From: Candidatus Latescibacterota bacterium
GTDB taxonomy: Bacteria; Latescibacterota; CBDEFO01
Assembly: GCA_965248755.1 (NCBI GenBank)
Contig: OZ252149.1
Span: 1,824,001-1,888,000, forward strand
Direction of reading: 5' to 3'
Length of the DNA stretch: 64,000 nt
Positions 60,884-64,000 of the stretch are shown here, one piece after another; the stretch's first letter is position 1; every line of letters starts with the position of its first letter. The notes under the pieces were generated by a model, which did not search any database, was not told the origin of the DNA, and saw only the letters and a program-made list of their open reading frames with translations. A program made the translations under genes and the position numbers.

Positions 60884-63217
60884 TTATATCCTCCCCTGCT
60901 GCTTCAAACCCATAACGATCTTCTCAGGCGTTATTGGCAGTTCGTGTATGCGGACGCCGCAGGCGTTGTAGATGGCGTTTCCCAGCGCAGGGGCTGTGGG
61001 CACTATCACGATCTCGCCAGCTCCTTTTGCTCCGTACGGCCCGTCCATATGAGCCTTCTCCACGATGATAGACTTCATATACTCGGCAATCGGCATCTCA
61101 GCTATGGAAGGTATCTTGTAGTCCAGAAAGTTGTTATTCACCATCCTTCCCTTGTCGAACACCATCTCCTCGTGCAGGGCGATGCCTATACCCATACATG
61201 CCCCGCCATGGTTTTGGCAGTCCACAAGCAGCGGATTTATGGCTTTGCCCACGTCTATTGCGCTTACGAACTTGACCACCTTTATCGCTCCGGTGTCCAG
61301 GTTCACATCCACCTCCGCCGCCTGGGCGCCGTGGCCCAGATAGGCCATCGTCCGCTCTCCATGTCCCGTCTCGGCGTCCATCGGGCTTGAACCCTGAACG
61401 AAGGTGGCCTTCCCCAATATCTCGCCGTCGGGCTGATAGACCCCCGCAAGGAGCACTACATCGAAGAGTTCCTCAACTCCCATAGATCTATCTGGACTCC
61501 CGGACACAAATATCTTACCGTCCTCTATCTGCAGATCCACAGGATTTGCTTCCAGCTTATCGGCCGCCCTTGCGAATATCTGTTCTTTTGCATTGTCGCA
61601 GGCCATCCTTACGGCGTTCCCGCTGTTGTACGTCTGACGGCTTGAGCCTGCAAGGTGGTCAAAGGGCGTTACGTCGGTGTCGGGGGTCACCAGCTTAACC
61701 TTCTCTATAGGGGTCTTAAACTCCTCCGCCACGACCTGGGCAAGGATGGTATGTGTGCCCTGTCCCAGATCCACGGCGCTGGTCCTGAGCTCTACTGTGC
61801 TGTCCTCGTGGACCTTTACGATCGCACTTGAGGCAGTCGGTGCAAAGCTGTACTTATTCCCGAGAGCGATGCCCTTGGCTCGCACCCAGGGCTTCTTCGG
61901 ATCTTCGGAGGTAGTAGTAGCCCCCCACTCTATCGCCTCTGCCGCCTTTTCCAGACACTCCCTTGCGCCGTAGCCGTGCATCCTCATGCCTACTGCGCTC
62001 TCCTCGTCCTCCTGCATTAGGTTGTCCAGTCTGAACTGCACAGGATCCAGTCCTAACTTCTCCGCCAGTATGTCCATCTGAGATTCTATCGCCCACGCCG
62101 ATTCAGCGCACCCGAATCCCCTCAAGGCCCCGCCGATCACAAGGTTGGTATAGACCCCGTAGGAATCCACGTCTAAATTGGTCATCCTGTAGCTTCCTGC
62201 GTAGAGAAACGTACCGAAGACGGGCTTCAGGAAACCTTCGCCCGAATACGCTCCGCCCTGGAAGATGGACTTGACCCGTCTGGCGACGATCTTGCCGTCT
62301 TTTGTGACTCCATCTTTGATGTAGAATATGATGGGACTCCGGCATCCTGTTCCTATGAACTCCTCATCTCTTGAAAAGACTACCTTGACGGGTCTCTTGG
62401 CCTTCCTTGCAAGGACGACAGTGAAGCCCTCAGGCTTTATGGTCACCTTGCCTCCGAAGGCTCCGCCGACATGAGGGACTATGACCCTCACTGTGGAGGG
62501 CGGAAGGTCCAGCGCCTTGCAGATCTCCTCTCTGACTATATAGGGGGACTGACTGGAGGTCCACAGCGTCACGTGCCCTGCCTGATCCACCGCTGCGACT
62601 GAGGCATGAGGCTCCAGGGAGGCAGTGTGGACGTAGCCTGTACGGAACCTGTTTTCGACTATGTAGTCGGCATCCTCGAAGCCCGCCTCCATATCTCCGT
62701 TTCTGATTCTGTACCTCTGGAAGGTGTTGGGTGGTCTGGGATCCATCTTCGCCACTGGGATCACGACCTCGTAGTCCTCCATATCTTCGTGGACTGTCAC
62801 CTCCTGACCGAAGTCCATCGCCTCCTCAGCGTCGAAGACGGCGGGAAGCTCCTCATATTCGACACGAATCAGATCCACCGCCTCCTGCGCCAGCTCCGGG
62901 GTCTCTGCGGCTGCGGCGGCTACCGGCTCTCCCACAAAGCGGACTAAGTCTCTGGCGATGAAGTACTCGTCCAGAGAACAGGTGCCCAGCCTTATGGCCG
63001 GGACATCCTCGTAGGTCATCACAGCTTTGACCCCCTTCAGCTCTTCGGCCTGGGTCGTGTCAATAGAGAGGATCTTGGCGTGAGGAAATGGGCTGCGCTT
63101 GATCTTGCCGTAGAGCATCCTCGGCAGAGTTATATCCACAGTAAACTGCGCAGCGCCTGTGACCTTGTCGCGCCCGTCTATTGTCCTGGTCTTCGTTCCG
63201 ACTGACGTGTATGGCAT
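60884..63217 (-). CDS. Xanthine dehydrogenase family molybdopterin-binding subunit
   Basis: KVTGAA, VGGAFGGK, ALRGFG, DLGQG and GAKGAGE motifs. Confidence 0.93.
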   Translation of the reverse strand: MPYTSVGTKTRTIDGRDKVTGAAQFTVDITLPRMLYGKIKRSPFPHAKILSIDTTQAEELKGVKAVMTYEDVPAIRLGTCSLDEYFIARDLVRFVGEPVAAAAAETPELAQEAVDLIRVEYEELPAVFDAEEAMDFGQEVTVHEDMEDYEVVIPVAKMDPRPPNTFQRYRIRNGDMEAGFEDADYIVENRFRTGYVHTASLEPHASVAAVDQAGHVTLWTSSQSPYIVREEICKALDLPPSTVRVIVPHVGGAFGGKVTIKPEGFTVVLARKAKRPVKVVFSRDEEFIGTGCRSPIIFYIKDGVTKDGKIVARRVKSIFQGGAYSGEGFLKPVFGTFLYAGSYRMTNLDVDSYGVYTNLVIGGALRGFGCAESAWAIESQMDILAEKLGLDPVQFRLDNLMQEDEESAVGMRMHGYGARECLEKAAEAIEWGATTTSEDPKKPWVRAKGIALGNKYSFAPTASSAIVKVHEDSTVELRTSAVDLGQGTHTILAQVVAEEFKTPIEKVKLVTPDTDVTPFDHLAGSSRQTYNSGNAVRMACDNAKEQIFARAADKLEANPVDLQIEDGKIFVSGSPDRSMGVEELFDVVLLAGVYQPDGEILGKATFVQGSSPMDAETGHGERTMAYLGHGAQAAEVDVNLDTGAIKVVKFVSAIDVGKAINPLLVDCQNHGGACMGIGIALHEEMVFDKGRMVNNNFLDYKIPSIAEMPIAEYMKSIIVEKAHMDGPYGAKGAGEIVIVPTAPALGNAIYNACGVRIHELPITPEKIVMGLKQQGRI

Positions 63218-63359
63218 ATATGACTCCTCTTTTTAAGTAGACAGTAGATAGGGACACAGCCTCCCATCCCGCGAGATTTGTCCCCGAATGACGGTATCGG
63301 GGATTAGACAGACTGTAGGGACGAGGTCCACTCGCACGTTGGCAGACACGCGGGTTCCC

Positions 63360-63599
63360 CTACAGCGACTCCCGTTCCAGCTCAAGGACCCGGCTGACCT
63401 CTTTTCTCTTTACCTTTTTTTTCTTCAAGGATTCCTTCAACCTGATAAGACGGTCTATTGTCCCTTCAGGGAAATATCTTTCGGAACATTCACCACACAC
63501 TTCTGCCGTGACGGGAACCAAAATATGGTCGTTGTCAAGCCTTATTTCTTCAGTGACCTCTTTCTCAACTAACTCGCCCCCACAAAAAGCACATTTTAT
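63360..63599 (-). CDS. YgiT-type zinc-finger (MqsA-like) protein; start codon is apparently ATA
   Basis: KCAFCGG...AEVCGECSERYF; GGAGG RBS before ATA. Confidence 0.7.
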   Translation of the reverse strand: MKCAFCGGELVEKEVTEEIRLDNDHILVPVTAEVCGECSERYFPEGTIDRLIRLKESLKKKKVKRKEVSRVLELERESL

Positions 63600-63877
63600 C
63601 TCTTCCTCCTTCGAACATCTATCCAAGATTTCGACCGCACTCAGAAACTTTCTCACTCCATATAGGAAGATTGCGGAAGATAGCGAACCTTGCGGTTTGA
63701 CTTTGGACTCTAATTGTCTTATTTTATGTCATATATAATAGTGCACTAATGTATATACTCCTAAATAGTAGACAGCAAATTTGTAGGGGCAGTCCCCGTG
63801 TGTCTGCCCTCCGTAGAAACACGTATCAATATACGAAATTCTGGGAGATTGTCAACAAGAAAGGGAAGCGTGCAAAG

Positions 63878-64000
63878 ATGCCAGACGAACTATTATCTGC
63901 GGCGCTCGGCTATGAATCCATCGGCTGGTCTGTGATCCCTGTTCGGCCGGACAAGAAGCCCTATATCTCGTGGCTTGCCTACCAGCGCGGGCGGGCGACT
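63878..64000 (+). CDS. Bifunctional DNA primase/polymerase (prim-pol) N-terminus, cut by the window edge
   Basis: AALGYESIGWSVIPVRPDKKPYISWLAYQ. Confidence 0.7.
   Translation, partial: MPDELLSAALGYESIGWSVIPVRPDKKPYISWLAYQRGRAT

Noticed and set aside
60536..61390. 284-aa plus-strand ORF and similar antisense ORFs (for example 53844-54506, 58624-59349, 35938-36531)
   Set aside because: They overlap well-supported minus-strand genes and carry no independent motifs
1..64000. tRNA/rRNA genes, integron integrase, selenocysteine recoding
   Set aside because: None recognised by eye; a covariance-model scan would be needed to exclude small RNAs

Overview
Bacterial chromosomal window, almost entirely minus-strand coded. 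The QNYPNPFNP/FlgD-Ig C-terminal sorting domains, SprA-like sequence and DUF6785-like transporters suggest an FCB-superphylum candidate lineage; this is inference only. In order: a 4x81-aa repeat membrane protein; a long Fe-S/redox cluster (sufR-C-B-D, rhodanese, two U-type proteins, Rieske ferredoxin, sufT-S-U, A-type carrier, ferredoxin, korAB, glutaredoxin); a UbiA-like/UbiE pair; assorted enzymes; two tandem DUF6785-like transporters with an S9 peptidase; an integrase-less integron cassette cluster (attC sites) joined to a type I R-M relic split by an IS1182-family element; TPP riboswitch-thiO-thiS-thiG-thiE; an 18-kb tandem array of secreted proteins sharing a T9SS-type C-terminal domain (CTD), including barrel-less SprA-derived ORFs; a lone xanthine-dehydrogenase-family large subunit; a decayed toxin-antitoxin module; and the start of a prim-pol gene. 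A 23-bp palindrome (TCCCCGATTGAATCTATCGGGGA) recurs about 12 times, once in frame inside a gene. All family calls are motif recognition by eye, not database results.
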